DNA of 64,000 bases from the IMG/VR virus record IMGVR_UViG_3300014204_000127, positions 32,001-96,000 of that record. One strand, given 5' to 3'. A model generated the notes under the pieces. That model ran no database searches, was not told the origin of the DNA, and saw only the letters and a program-made list of their open reading frames with translations. Numbering within the stretch: position 1 is the stretch's first letter; each line of letters opens with the position of its first letter. The stretch comes from a virus. Taxonomy: Duplodnaviria > Caudoviricetes. Below are positions 27,774-36,772 of this stretch, one piece after another. The translations under genes and the position numbers were made by a program.

Positions 27774-28271
27774 TTAATTTCCTTTATAAAATTCCAAATG
27801 AGGATAATCAACATTAATATCAACATCCTTATCATCATTGTCATTGCCAGTTAATATAAAGCTCCTGTTCGAAAAGAGGTAGCTCAATAAAGTATCCTCC
27901 GAATTACAAACAGTTTCCACATAATCGACCAATTCTTCAACATTGTGTTCAATGTAATAATCATATCCCCCATATTCCCCTTCTTGGGGTTTTTCCTGAA
28001 AGTCACATTTTACATTGTTTGATTCCAAATAATGTTTAATCTGTTGAGTGTATTCCTCTAGAAGATTTAGTTCCAAAAGTGCCGTATATAGGTATGATGC
28101 TTTTTCTTGTGGGGTGTCAAGTTTGCGTACTTCCCATCCAAATTCCCCAAACTTAAAATATATTTTCTTAGGGGTTTCTACATTTGACATATCAAAATCA
28201 GAAGCAATACATATGCTGTGCGTACTACTTGAATTTGTTTCAAAAACACCTTTTCTTGTCGTTCTTTTCAT
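27774..28271 (-). CDS. conserved phage protein with FETNSSSTHS motif
   Basis: RKGVFETNSSSTHSI, FGEFGWE, KASYLYT, C-terminal KGN. Confidence 0.75.
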   Translation of the reverse strand: MKRTTRKGVFETNSSSTHSICIASDFDMSNVETPKKIYFKFGEFGWEVRKLDTPQEKASYLYTALLELNLLEEYTQQIKHYLESNNVKCDFQEKPQEGEYGGYDYYIEHNVEELVDYVETVCNSEDTLLSYLFSNRSFILTGNDNDDKDVDINVDYPHLEFYKGN

Positions 28272-28702
28272 TTTAATGTTCCTTTATACTCTGCTAACAC
28301 ATTTCCTTTTCTGTCATAGTATACCATATCCCATGTCGGATGGCAATTAGAATTTTCACCATTATCAAATAAAATATCAAAATTTTGACTATCATTGCCA
28401 TTTACAAGAGTTCCATAGTTTTTGCCACATTTTACACGCATTCCTGCAAAAACAAAAGGAAGCTCCCTTTTGCTTGCAACCTCTTGTATTCTTTTGGCAT
28501 TTTCATGTGGTATTCTAATGCCCTTTTGTAGTATTTGACATCGTATATCAAGATAGTCAATACCACAATCCCCATACTCTCTATAATATTCCATTTTTGC
28601 CTGTCCCCTTGTCTTGGCATAAAAGGTAGAAGGATACTCTGGATAGGAGCACCAAATACTATATGTACTCATGGGCAATATATTTAATAGTTCTTTTTTC
28701 AT
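28268..28702 (-). CDS. hypothetical protein
   Basis: NCHPTW motif, ATGA-coupled. Confidence 0.65.
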   Translation of the reverse strand: MKKELLNILPMSTYSIWCSYPEYPSTFYAKTRGQAKMEYYREYGDCGIDYLDIRCQILQKGIRIPHENAKRIQEVASKRELPFVFAGMRVKCGKNYGTLVNGNDSQNFDILFDNGENSNCHPTWDMVYYDRKGNVLAEYKGTLK

Positions 28703-28890
28703 TTTGATGCCCCTTTTAATGTTCCTTTTGGCAAATTAGCATCCCTGTCTACATAAATGTAAACTATCTTTTCTTTTTTAGAATTGCCCTTTTCTATTGC
28801 CTCTGATATACTTCCCACCCACATACTTATAATGAGTACAATAAGTAAGAATAAAAGAACTTTTCCACTAAACGTAAGTTCTACATCCAT
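28699..28890 (-). CDS. small membrane protein
   Basis: one TM helix. Confidence 0.55.
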   Translation of the reverse strand: MDVELTFSGKVLLFLLIVLIISMWVGSISEAIEKGNSKKEKIVYIYVDRDANLPKGTLKGASK

Positions 28891-28923
28891 TTTATTTTCC
28901 TTTTAATAAAAATTATTTACCAT

Positions 28924-29628
28924 TTAAACAGTTCTATTCATTTCCATAAGCACACGCTTAATTTTTTTGATATCCTGTTCTCTCTTAGACATTTTTGCCT
29001 GTGTTCTAACTGGAGAAAGCATCCTAGAACTTGACCATTCTTTAAATACTCTATATTTTAATACACGTCTTGACAAATTATATTGTTCAACCCATTCTGA
29101 CACATATTTTACTCTCCCCCCTACAGCAAGTTTCTTATGCTCCCTCCAATAACAGTTAGAAGGGGTAAAGTTCTTGCTCCTGTCTTTTCTGGTAAGTGTG
29201 GTGTGGTCTCTATATCCATTTTCCATAGCCCATCTAACAAACTTTTCAAAATCCATCCAAGCCCTGCACATATGTATACCCTTGCTACCATAATAGGCGT
29301 ATTCATATGAATTCTTATTATAACACCCTTCCTTTATATCTGTCCAAGCATGGTATATCTTTGTTTTTGCCAATCCCATTTTGCTTTTGTAGCCACATCC
29401 ACAACTTTTCATACCTTTACAGCTAATATGGTCATATGTAAGTATTTTTTCTTTTTTGCAAGAGGGACATATAGCCTTCCACACAGAGGAAGCAGTTCCT
29501 TTTCGCACACCCACTCTTTCTAAGAGTTTAAATCCATTAACCACTCTACCATATCTACGTTTGATATATTTTGGGGTTTTGATGCGTTTGATATCTTTCA
29601 ACTTAATTTCCAAATTAATTCCTTTCAT
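28924..29628 (-). CDS. phage HNH-type homing endonuclease-like protein
   Basis: KSCGC, W..IK..CYN, YYGSKGI.MC..W, TPSNCYW. Confidence 0.75.
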   Translation of the reverse strand: MKGINLEIKLKDIKRIKTPKYIKRRYGRVVNGFKLLERVGVRKGTASSVWKAICPSCKKEKILTYDHISCKGMKSCGCGYKSKMGLAKTKIYHAWTDIKEGCYNKNSYEYAYYGSKGIHMCRAWMDFEKFVRWAMENGYRDHTTLTRKDRSKNFTPSNCYWREHKKLAVGGRVKYVSEWVEQYNLSRRVLKYRVFKEWSSSRMLSPVRTQAKMSKREQDIKKIKRVLMEMNRTV

Positions 29629-29656
29629 ATGTAATAAAAAACTACTTGTTTTACAT

Positions 29657-29684
29657 AGTATATCTGGTATCTATAAAAAGTCAA
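29657..29684 (-). promoter_or_regulatory. sigma70-like promoter
   Basis: TTGACT-16-TATACT. Confidence 0.68.
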
Positions 29685-29713
29685 GTATTTTCTTTCAGTA
29701 CATATAAATAAAA

Positions 29714-30325
29714 TTATACCTGTTGTTCTTTTGATTCCCTATATCTTTTTATACCATAAACTATTGCAAACAGACACCAGATGTACCTATATGTGTAGTC
29801 TTCCGTGCCACCGCCTCCAAAACATTCGCCAAAATTCTCAAAAGTGTGTCCATGTGGTGACTTATAGTCCCAAATCTTTTGGGCAGCCACATCAATGCTT
29901 TTTATGTCCTCGGATTTAATATGAAAATCAACATCCTCTTTAACCCCAATCTTTTCTTCGTCACTTTCATACTCCCAATAGTCCTCTATGTACTCATCCA
30001 CACACTTACAGAAAGCATCAAAATCAAACTTTTTGTACCCATCACATCTGTCAACGCCCTCTAGTTTTTCTGCCCAATATCCTGGATTTATAGAACCTGT
30101 TCCAAAGAAATTAAACATATCATGGGCTCTTTCAAAAACATATGTTCCATAGTCACCAGAAATACAAAGATAATCAGGCCAAGTAGTTAGATAAAAGAAA
30201 CCCTCTCGTGTATCGGGCATCTTAAACAAAATATTCCTATGAACACCTGAATCCATGTTTATAGTCATTTCATACTTTTCAGCATATTTATCAAAATCTT
30301 CTTTTATTTTCTCATAATTTTGCAT
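29714..30325 (-). CDS. conserved phage hypothetical protein
   Basis: TWP..L.ISGDYGTYVF.R..DMF.FF, INPGYWAEKL. Confidence 0.7.
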   Translation of the reverse strand: MQNYEKIKEDFDKYAEKYEMTINMDSGVHRNILFKMPDTREGFFYLTTWPDYLCISGDYGTYVFERAHDMFNFFGTGSINPGYWAEKLEGVDRCDGYKKFDFDAFCKCVDEYIEDYWEYESDEEKIGVKEDVDFHIKSEDIKSIDVAAQKIWDYKSPHGHTFENFGECFGGGGTEDYTYRYIWCLFAIVYGIKRYRESKEQQV

Positions 30326-30339
30326 ATTATTTATTCCTA

Positions 30340-30642
30340 TTAAACAATTTCACCAGTTTCAATAAACTTAATTAAAATAGGTAGTAACTGTTCAACCTGT
30401 TTTTTTGTAAGGTGCATTCTAGTAGTTAGTAGCACATCATCTGAAATGGGGTACTTTACCCACCCCGTACCATTTTTCACAACCTTACTTGCCATTATTC
30501 GAGGATTAGCATCATCAACACCCATCCATATAGCATCCTTATCCCCAATAGAACTTTTTTGAATAGAACATTTTTCACCATAATAGTCTGTAAATTCTAT
30601 ATTATCAAACCCTCTATGTGTCTTATTTGTTTTCAGCTTCAT
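30340..30642 (-). CDS. conserved phage hypothetical protein
   Basis: THRGF..F.D.YG..CSIQKSS, RMHL. Confidence 0.7.
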   Translation of the reverse strand: MKLKTNKTHRGFDNIEFTDYYGEKCSIQKSSIGDKDAIWMGVDDANPRIMASKVVKNGTGWVKYPISDDVLLTTRMHLTKKQVEQLLPILIKFIETGEIV

Positions 30643-30643
30643 G

Positions 30644-31102
30644 TTATTTATCCGTATTTTGTTCCTGTTTTAGTGTACCACGCACACCCATTAGTATTCT
30701 GCCCAACCAGTTTTCGCCAACTCCGTTGCAAACACCCCAAAAAGTATCTTTCCAGTAGTTTCTTTCGACTATTTCGCCCTCTATTTCCAACAGCTTTACA
30801 GCAATATCTGAATTATATAAGAATTTCTTATACACCAATTCCATCATTATATCTGTTTGCAAATCGTGCCAATTATCCCTTAATTTTAGTGTTTTTCCAT
30901 AATGTTTGGACTCACTTGGCCTATATATGGTAGAAATATACATATGTATGTTGGTATCGTCTGTCTTTGACGCAACAAAGGCATGTTCAGTAGATGGGAA
31001 CCAAATGCCATTATAGTCTACTTTATTCTTTAGTAGATACATATTGGAAAGAAACCCAAATTCATCTCTAAATGCTGGTATTTTTTCTACTGGCATTCGC
31101 AT
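30644..31102 (-). CDS. NADAR (YbiA-like) family hydrolase
   Basis: FLSNMY, STEHAFVASK, KF..N, DTFWG, GENWLGRILM.VR. Confidence 0.9.
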   Translation of the reverse strand: MRMPVEKIPAFRDEFGFLSNMYLLKNKVDYNGIWFPSTEHAFVASKTDDTNIHMYISTIYRPSESKHYGKTLKLRDNWHDLQTDIMMELVYKKFLYNSDIAVKLLEIEGEIVERNYWKDTFWGVCNGVGENWLGRILMGVRGTLKQEQNTDK

Positions 31103-31103
31103 A

Positions 31104-31358
31104 TTATTTATCCTTTACACGTTCTATAAACTCAGTAAGTGCATCCTCAAGTTCATCATGTGTATTGACTATTTGGTGTTGTTTTTCCACAACCCTTTTA
31201 TTGCACACACGATACATGGATACATCTAAAGAGGCATCTGATATAAAATCATTGTCCCTAACATGCTTCAACAGTTTAAACCAATTATCAGGCGTTATTG
31301 GTACTTCCTCATGCATTTCACCATTATTAACAATTACTTTTGGCATGCTATCATACAT
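31104..31358 (-). CDS. hypothetical protein
   Basis: ORF in contiguous gene run. Confidence 0.55.
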   Translation of the reverse strand: MYDSMPKVIVNNGEMHEEVPITPDNWFKLLKHVRDNDFISDASLDVSMYRVCNKRVVEKQHQIVNTHDELEDALTEFIERVKDK

Positions 31359-31360
31359 CC

Positions 31361-31621
31361 TTATTTATTTGTATCGTTTCTATCATTTGCGTTAAACTCT
31401 ATAATCTTTATTCCATGTTGTTCAATCTTTTCTCTTATCTCATCAAACTTTGTGTTCTTGCCCCATATTTCAACAACATCACTGGCAAGAACTTTGATTC
31501 TTATTCTATTTTTATTTATTATACATGGTTCATTATCAATGTCAACCCTATTTCTAACAAAAATAGAAATATTTTTAGAATCATATTCAAAAACACAATA
31601 TTTATTGATAAGTTTAAGCAT
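31361..31621 (-). CDS. hypothetical protein
   Basis: ORF in contiguous gene run. Confidence 0.55.
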   Translation of the reverse strand: MLKLINKYCVFEYDSKNISIFVRNRVDIDNEPCIINKNRIRIKVLASDVVEIWGKNTKFDEIREKIEQHGIKIIEFNANDRNDTNK

Positions 31622-31622
31622 T

Positions 31623-31832
31623 TTACTTTCTTGTATTCCAATACTTTACAGCATTTTCAATGGTCTGTTCATCAGCATCACCAGGGTCGTCCATAAAAAG
31701 GAAGTGTGCTGGACAATCTTGATTAGAACACCCTAGATCAAAATACTCCCCATAATGGTCGCTCTCTATCTTAATATATCCATCTGAACCACAGAAAGGA
31801 CATGATTTTAGTTTATAATTTTTAGTATTCAT
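31623..31832 (-). CDS. Lar-family restriction alleviation-like protein
   Basis: LKSCPFCG...C...C...AVKYWNTR. Confidence 0.75.
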   Translation of the reverse strand: MNTKNYKLKSCPFCGSDGYIKIESDHYGEYFDLGCSNQDCPAHFLFMDDPGDADEQTIENAVKYWNTRK

Positions 31833-31843
31833 TCATACTTCCT

Positions 31844-32317
31844 TTATGTCCAAAGATAACTTCTTATTTTAACAAGCCTTATCAACATATATGTGTCGGT
31901 CTGCATCCTACACCTCTCATCGGAAAAATCAACATCATCTGAAAACCACTCTTTTTCTCTCTTTTTCCACCAATCATACAGAAATCTGATTTCTTTGGCA
32001 ACCTTTCTCCTCTTTCTGTAGTACGCCCTTTGGTCTTTCAACGCATCTGCAAGTTGAGACTTGTCCGATATTTCCCTTCTCAATCTTGCATATTCTTCTT
32101 TAGATTCTTGCCCCCAATCCGTTACCTCAAGTATTTGTTCCTTTTCTACAACATTACAAAGTTCCTGAAAACATGTAAAAAGAATCTTGGTATCAAAATC
32201 CATCCAACACCCTCTAAACTGTTTAAGTTCAATAACATGATATTTGTTAAAAAATCGGTTTATAATATACCTAAGTATACCAATTTGGTTATGAATCTCA
32301 AATAATTCTTTAAACAT
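31844..32317 (-). CDS. hypothetical protein
   Basis: LYDWWK, LIRLVKIRSYLWT. Confidence 0.65.
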   Translation of the reverse strand: MFKELFEIHNQIGILRYIINRFFNKYHVIELKQFRGCWMDFDTKILFTCFQELCNVVEKEQILEVTDWGQESKEEYARLRREISDKSQLADALKDQRAYYRKRRKVAKEIRFLYDWWKKREKEWFSDDVDFSDERCRMQTDTYMLIRLVKIRSYLWT

Positions 32318-32319
32318 CT

Positions 32320-32724
32320 TTATTTACCCCTTCCCTTACAAAACCCACAAACACCATTTGAATTAAGTTTACTACGGGGTACAAGAATATACTCATTTTT
32401 TCCACAAATTCTACATTTTCTTGTGGGAAATCCTTTTTCATCTATCTCATCCCACATCAGATTTCTATATATATTTGCAATATAAGGGGTTAGATTATAT
32501 TTAAGAATCCCTGCTCCAAATAATTTAGCATGTAGGTCGATACTTTTACATCTTTGTACCAATAATCCACTATATGTAGCATATCCCACATCCTCTGTTT
32601 TTTCACAATATGCTTTGGCCTTATTGCGATTTGATGCAAGGACTAGTGTCCCGTATTCACCATCTTTTGTACAAACTGTAAAACCTTTTAAATATTGTTC
32701 AGTTTTCATAAAACACTTCTCCAT
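32320..32724 (-). CDS. hypothetical Zn-finger protein
   Basis: CRIC..CGFC. Confidence 0.6.
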   Translation of the reverse strand: MEKCFMKTEQYLKGFTVCTKDGEYGTLVLASNRNKAKAYCEKTEDVGYATYSGLLVQRCKSIDLHAKLFGAGILKYNLTPYIANIYRNLMWDEIDEKGFPTRKCRICGKNEYILVPRSKLNSNGVCGFCKGRGK

Positions 32725-32736
32725 TTCTACTATTTG

Positions 32737-32764
32737 AGTATAACACCTTTTTCTAAAAAATCAA
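32737..32764 (-). promoter_or_regulatory. sigma70-like promoter
   Basis: TTGATT-16-TATACT, TGn. Confidence 0.65.
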
Positions 32765-32835
32765 GCATAAAATAAAAAATTCCTCAATTTTGTATAAGGA
32801 ATTTTTAAATATATAACTAATTTGTATATAATAAC

Positions 32836-33699
32836 TTATATTTTTAATTTTTCAAGCCTGTTTACAGTAGCAACAAGTTCTTTTCCATTCCAATTATGAA
32901 CATGAATGCCAGTTTCCTCAATACACACCACATTATTTTCCATATCCGCCCATGAACCGGAATTTACAAAAATACTATCCCCATTTGAAATCATGCCTGG
33001 AGTATGGGTGTGGCCTATTACAACAATATCATGGCTCAAAAGGGATTCAGATGCCTTTTTAAGTATCTTTTTTGCTCTTCCTAAACTGGTTCTAGGTGTT
33101 TTTATTAGTTTTCTTGTTATTGCGCCAAATATTGAATTTATAGGATGTTTAATCCACTCCGCAATGGCCAGTATAACACCCTCAGTTTGCTTTCCAAAAA
33201 CAGATATACCATACCTATCCTCTAGTATGCCTGCCCCAATACAGGCAATCCTGGCAAATCCTGGATAGGTTCTGGAGTTGAGCTTATCATACTCATGTCC
33301 ATGCTGTAAAAGCACATTGAATACAAATTTATTCATCTGAACATTTGTTTCAATTGGAACAGATGTCATATTTTTAAACAGCTTGCAACGGGAGAAATAG
33401 GATGTACTTTTAATAAAATTGTACAAATCTGTGTCATGATTGCCAAGAATGTATGTACAGTCCATAGAACCCAACTTCTTTATAATTTGCCTGTTTTTTG
33501 GATGGCAAAGGACTTCACTGATATTATGTTGCCATAAATCAAATAAATCGCCCAAAATATAAAGTTTTCCTTTGTTTTTCTTGACAAATGACAAAAAACT
33601 CATTAATTTGTCCCATCTAGTTGAATCTGCATTAAAATTGTCACGTTTCCCGTGATTACCTATATGCAAGTCTGATATAATGTAAATAGGTTTGGTCAT
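32836..33699 (-). CDS. LpxH-like metallophosphoesterase
   Basis: ISDLHIG, LGDLFDLW, GNHD, HGHEYD, GHTH, NSGSW. Confidence 0.85.
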   Translation of the reverse strand: MTKPIYIISDLHIGNHGKRDNFNADSTRWDKLMSFLSFVKKNKGKLYILGDLFDLWQHNISEVLCHPKNRQIIKKLGSMDCTYILGNHDTDLYNFIKSTSYFSRCKLFKNMTSVPIETNVQMNKFVFNVLLQHGHEYDKLNSRTYPGFARIACIGAGILEDRYGISVFGKQTEGVILAIAEWIKHPINSIFGAITRKLIKTPRTSLGRAKKILKKASESLLSHDIVVIGHTHTPGMISNGDSIFVNSGSWADMENNVVCIEETGIHVHNWNGKELVATVNRLEKLKI

Positions 33700-33711
33700 A
33701 TAAAATGGTTC

Positions 33712-34179
33712 TTAGTCTCTTGTCCTTTTCAGTTCTTCGGCAAAAGTACGCTGACCTGGAAATGCGTAACATCCTGCCGGAAGATTACAAACATTACCGT
33801 GTTCAGGATGTGTTATTGTAACAGAATCATCGGCTTCAATAATTGGGCCATCCACTGCATTTCCGTTTGCCAATTTATACATTTTAACACCACCAATTGT
33901 GTTAATTTCATGCCTTGAACCTCGTGTTGTTCCTGGTGCAACTTGTACATTAAAAAGGACTTCTTTCAAGTCGTTGGCATGTTCTTTTACAAAATTGTCA
34001 GGAAGGCGTATAATTCTAACGTCACCCTGTCGCCATTCATCATACACTTCCATTGAGGGGCAGTGGTCGCCATCATTTGCAATTTTTTCAGCATTTTGCT
34101 GAACTTCTGCAATAATATCATCAGTTTTGTGCAAATCTACTACTTTTTTCGTCTTTTTTGTCTTTACAGTTGTGTTCAT
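33712..34179 (-). CDS. conserved phage protein (RQGDV..HPEH), usual neighbour of DUF6745-type genes
   Basis: WRQGDV, SRH, ITHPEH, LPAGCY. Confidence 0.7.
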   Translation of the reverse strand: MNTTVKTKKTKKVVDLHKTDDIIAEVQQNAEKIANDGDHCPSMEVYDEWRQGDVRIIRLPDNFVKEHANDLKEVLFNVQVAPGTTRGSRHEINTIGGVKMYKLANGNAVDGPIIEADDSVTITHPEHGNVCNLPAGCYAFPGQRTFAEELKRTRD

Positions 34180-34204
34180 TTTAATTTCTCCAATTAAAAG
34201 GGGT

Positions 34205-35272
34205 TTATGACCTTCCGATTACACGGGGGGTCTGTATTAGTTTTTCAATATTACTGCCACTATGCAACCAATTTTGTGCCTGTTCACATTTTTTTATTTC
34301 AGCAGGTACTTCAAGAGAGTACACTCGTGGTGTACTCGTACAATGACTTACCAAAATAGTCATATTATCACACCTAAAAAGTGCTTCTAGCGTATTTTCA
34401 ATATCATTTCTTCTATAATCAAGCCTTGTGGCGTTGTTTTCTTTAAGATATCTATTCCACCCATAGCGTTCTATTCTAATTCGTCTAATTTCTTCATTTT
34501 GTTCTTTTTTTATCTGTTCTATTGTCTGTGTTTCAGGATTTTTTACTATCTGCTCATCAACTCTAACACCTTTTATAGCCCAAACTGAAAATCCATCAAA
34601 ATATTCAATAGCGGGGGCACTGTCACAATGGATAACACCATCCTGCATATTTAATGTTTTAGGCTTATCCTGAATAATACAAATATTTTCATAAGGCATC
34701 CACCAACCACAATATTTAGCTAGTTCCATTAGAGGAAGTAGTTTTTCACAGCAATTCAATTTAAAAACTTCTAAAAAATAATTATAAAAACCTAGCCAGT
34801 ATGCGTCGTGATTTCCATATCCCGAATCCCATACCGAATCCCATACCGAAGCCCTTACCGAAGCCCATACCGAAGCCCTTACCGAAGCCCATACCGAATC
34901 CCATACCGAATCCCATACCGAATCCCTTACCGAAGCCCTTACCGAAGCCCTTACCGAAGCCCTTACCGAAGCCCATACCGAAGCCCATACCGAATCCCTT
35001 ACCGAAGCCCTTACCGAAGCCCATACCGAAGCCCCCAATTGTGTTTTGTTTTTAAATATATGAAAAACAATACCCGCCGAGAGAGGCGACTCACAATACA
35101 CCCAATTCTGTGGGACTGCCCAACCTGCCACAGTATAGGCATCGGAAATATATTTTTTGGCTTTTTCCCTATCACATCTTCCGGTAGATAGTCCGATTTC
35201 CATCCACCTATCCTTATATGTAGTAAGAAGTGCTTCCTGTTCTTTTGTCAGATTTTCTATTTTGTTTATCAT
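34205..35272 (-). CDS. DUF6745-like protein with tetrapeptide repeat
   Basis: [42 protein letters not shown]. Confidence 0.78.
   Translation of the reverse strand: MINKIENLTKEQEALLTTYKDRWMEIGLSTGRCDREKAKKYISDAYTVAGWAVPQNWVYCESPLSAGIVFHIFKNKTQLGASVWASVRASVRDSVWASVWASVRASVRASVRASVRDSVWDSVWDSVWASVRASVWASVRASVWDSVWDSGYGNHDAYWLGFYNYFLEVFKLNCCEKLLPLMELAKYCGWWMPYENICIIQDKPKTLNMQDGVIHCDSAPAIEYFDGFSVWAIKGVRVDEQIVKNPETQTIEQIKKEQNEEIRRIRIERYGWNRYLKENNATRLDYRRNDIENTLEALFRCDNMTILVSHCTSTPRVYSLEVPAEIKKCEQAQNWLHSGSNIEKLIQTPRVIGRS
34823..35032. repeat. 12-bp tandem repeat, 17 full units plus a partial unit
   Basis: minus-strand unit G(C/A)TTCGGTA(T/A)GG encoding (A/D)SV(W/R). Confidence 0.95.
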
Positions 35273-35328
35273 TTTTGTTCCTGTTGTTTAATTCATTTAA
35301 TACAATACACTCTATATTCTTAATAAGA

Positions 35329-35356
35329 AGTATACCACATTTTTAGGCAATGTCAA
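35329..35356 (-). promoter_or_regulatory. sigma70-like promoter
   Basis: TTGACA-16-TATACT, TGn. Confidence 0.78.
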
Positions 35357-35359
35357 GCA

Positions 35360-36364
35360 CTAATTACATATAATTTTATGAAATTCTTCATATTTATTGT
35401 TGTAATCTATACACACATCAAGACAATTCTGCCTACATATACCATCACAATATGTATCATGGTTTTTATAATACTCATATCTATCCCGTCTTATAGTACC
35501 CTCTGACATCCTCCCAATTGGATTACACCCTTCTCGCATCTTTATTACACAAGGATAGTGATAATCGCCTTTTACAATCATATCATCCAGTATCAAAGGG
35601 CATTTATGGGTGTCATTTTCACAAATCCCTCGCACATTTCTGCCATTTTTGAAATTATTAAGCCTATATTTCAAAATAGGATGTTTATTCAATATTCGTT
35701 CATCTATTACCAAGTCCTTGAATATATCAAAACTATTCCACTGGGCTGCTGATATAATACGAATATCTGCCACTCCAAGTCCTGATGCAAATTCAATTAT
35801 ATTAACAATATCCTTAGCATTACTTTCGTTAAGTACAACACCTACAGTAACATATGTCAATTTTGAAAGACATTCAATTGTATTTACAACCTTATTCCAT
35901 GCCCCCTCTATTCCACCTGACATGATATCACCAACAGAGGCACAACAGGCATCTAAAGATATAGACCAGTCATTTACACCAAGTTCAGTAAGTTCCTTAT
36001 ATAACTCCTTATCAGCAAAGCCATTAGACGACACTGCTATATGTTTGATATCGGTGCATGTCTTCTTGGTATATCTGATAATATCCCTTATATTGGGGTG
36101 TATTGTTGGTTCTCCACCAGAAAAACGTATATTTTGTATGCGTTCTTTGGCAAAGAAGTCAAGTATATTACAAATATTCACATATTTCATATGCCCCTGG
36201 ACACCATTTATATCCGTTCCTCTACAATATGGACATTTAAAATTGCACAAGGATGTTATAATTACCTCGTTTCGCCATAAAGGGGAATATTGTGAGGCAT
36301 TTCTTGCCCTATCATCTCTTAGGGTATAAAATCCTATATCCTCTAGTTTATTTATGTTACTCAT
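35360..36364 (-). CDS. radical SAM protein (MoaA/PqqE-like)
   Basis: CNFKCPYC, FSGGEPT, SSNG, SISLD; Cys-rich C-terminus. Confidence 0.92.
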   Translation of the reverse strand: MSNINKLEDIGFYTLRDDRARNASQYSPLWRNEVIITSLCNFKCPYCRGTDINGVQGHMKYVNICNILDFFAKERIQNIRFSGGEPTIHPNIRDIIRYTKKTCTDIKHIAVSSNGFADKELYKELTELGVNDWSISLDACCASVGDIMSGGIEGAWNKVVNTIECLSKLTYVTVGVVLNESNAKDIVNIIEFASGLGVADIRIISAAQWNSFDIFKDLVIDERILNKHPILKYRLNNFKNGRNVRGICENDTHKCPLILDDMIVKGDYHYPCVIKMREGCNPIGRMSEGTIRRDRYEYYKNHDTYCDGICRQNCLDVCIDYNNKYEEFHKIICN

Positions 36365-36731
36365 TGTTTTTTCCAGATAATTTAAATATTATATCAAATT
36401 CTTCATTTCTAACATGAAACCAAAAATTCACACCATTCTTGTACAACATTATTGCCTTATTATATATCTTTGGCCTACATAATAAATTCTCACCATCACA
36501 ATATCCATAAATGTACTTCCTTAATATATTTATGCTTCTTTCAGAAGTTATATCATAATACCTACATACTATGGCAAGGTCTGCGAAATCACATTGTCGC
36601 CATGTTTGCCAGTCAAATAAGGAACTATCAAGTTTTTTAATGCTTACCACCATTTTATTAATGGGAAAGTATAGCATAAAAATGAACAGTGTCAACAATA
36701 AAATAAAAATACCCCACAAATTTTCATTCAT
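36357..36731 (-). CDS. hypothetical membrane-anchored protein
   Basis: N-terminal TM helix. Confidence 0.6.
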   Translation of the reverse strand: MNENLWGIFILLLTLFIFMLYFPINKMVVSIKKLDSSLFDWQTWRQCDFADLAIVCRYYDITSERSINILRKYIYGYCDGENLLCRPKIYNKAIMLYKNGVNFWFHVRNEEFDIIFKLSGKNNE

Positions 36732-36772
36732 GGGGTATCGTAGGGAACTATAAACTATGACAAATAAATAGT

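Noticed and set aside
34823-35032. CRISPR array or DGR variable region
   Set aside because: No spacers; an in-frame 12-bp coding repeat with no RT or template copy in the window, and the other adenine in the unit is invariant
34782-35191. Alternative-frame repeat ORFs ([16 protein letters not shown])
   Set aside because: By-products of a stop-free tandem repeat inside the DUF6745-like gene
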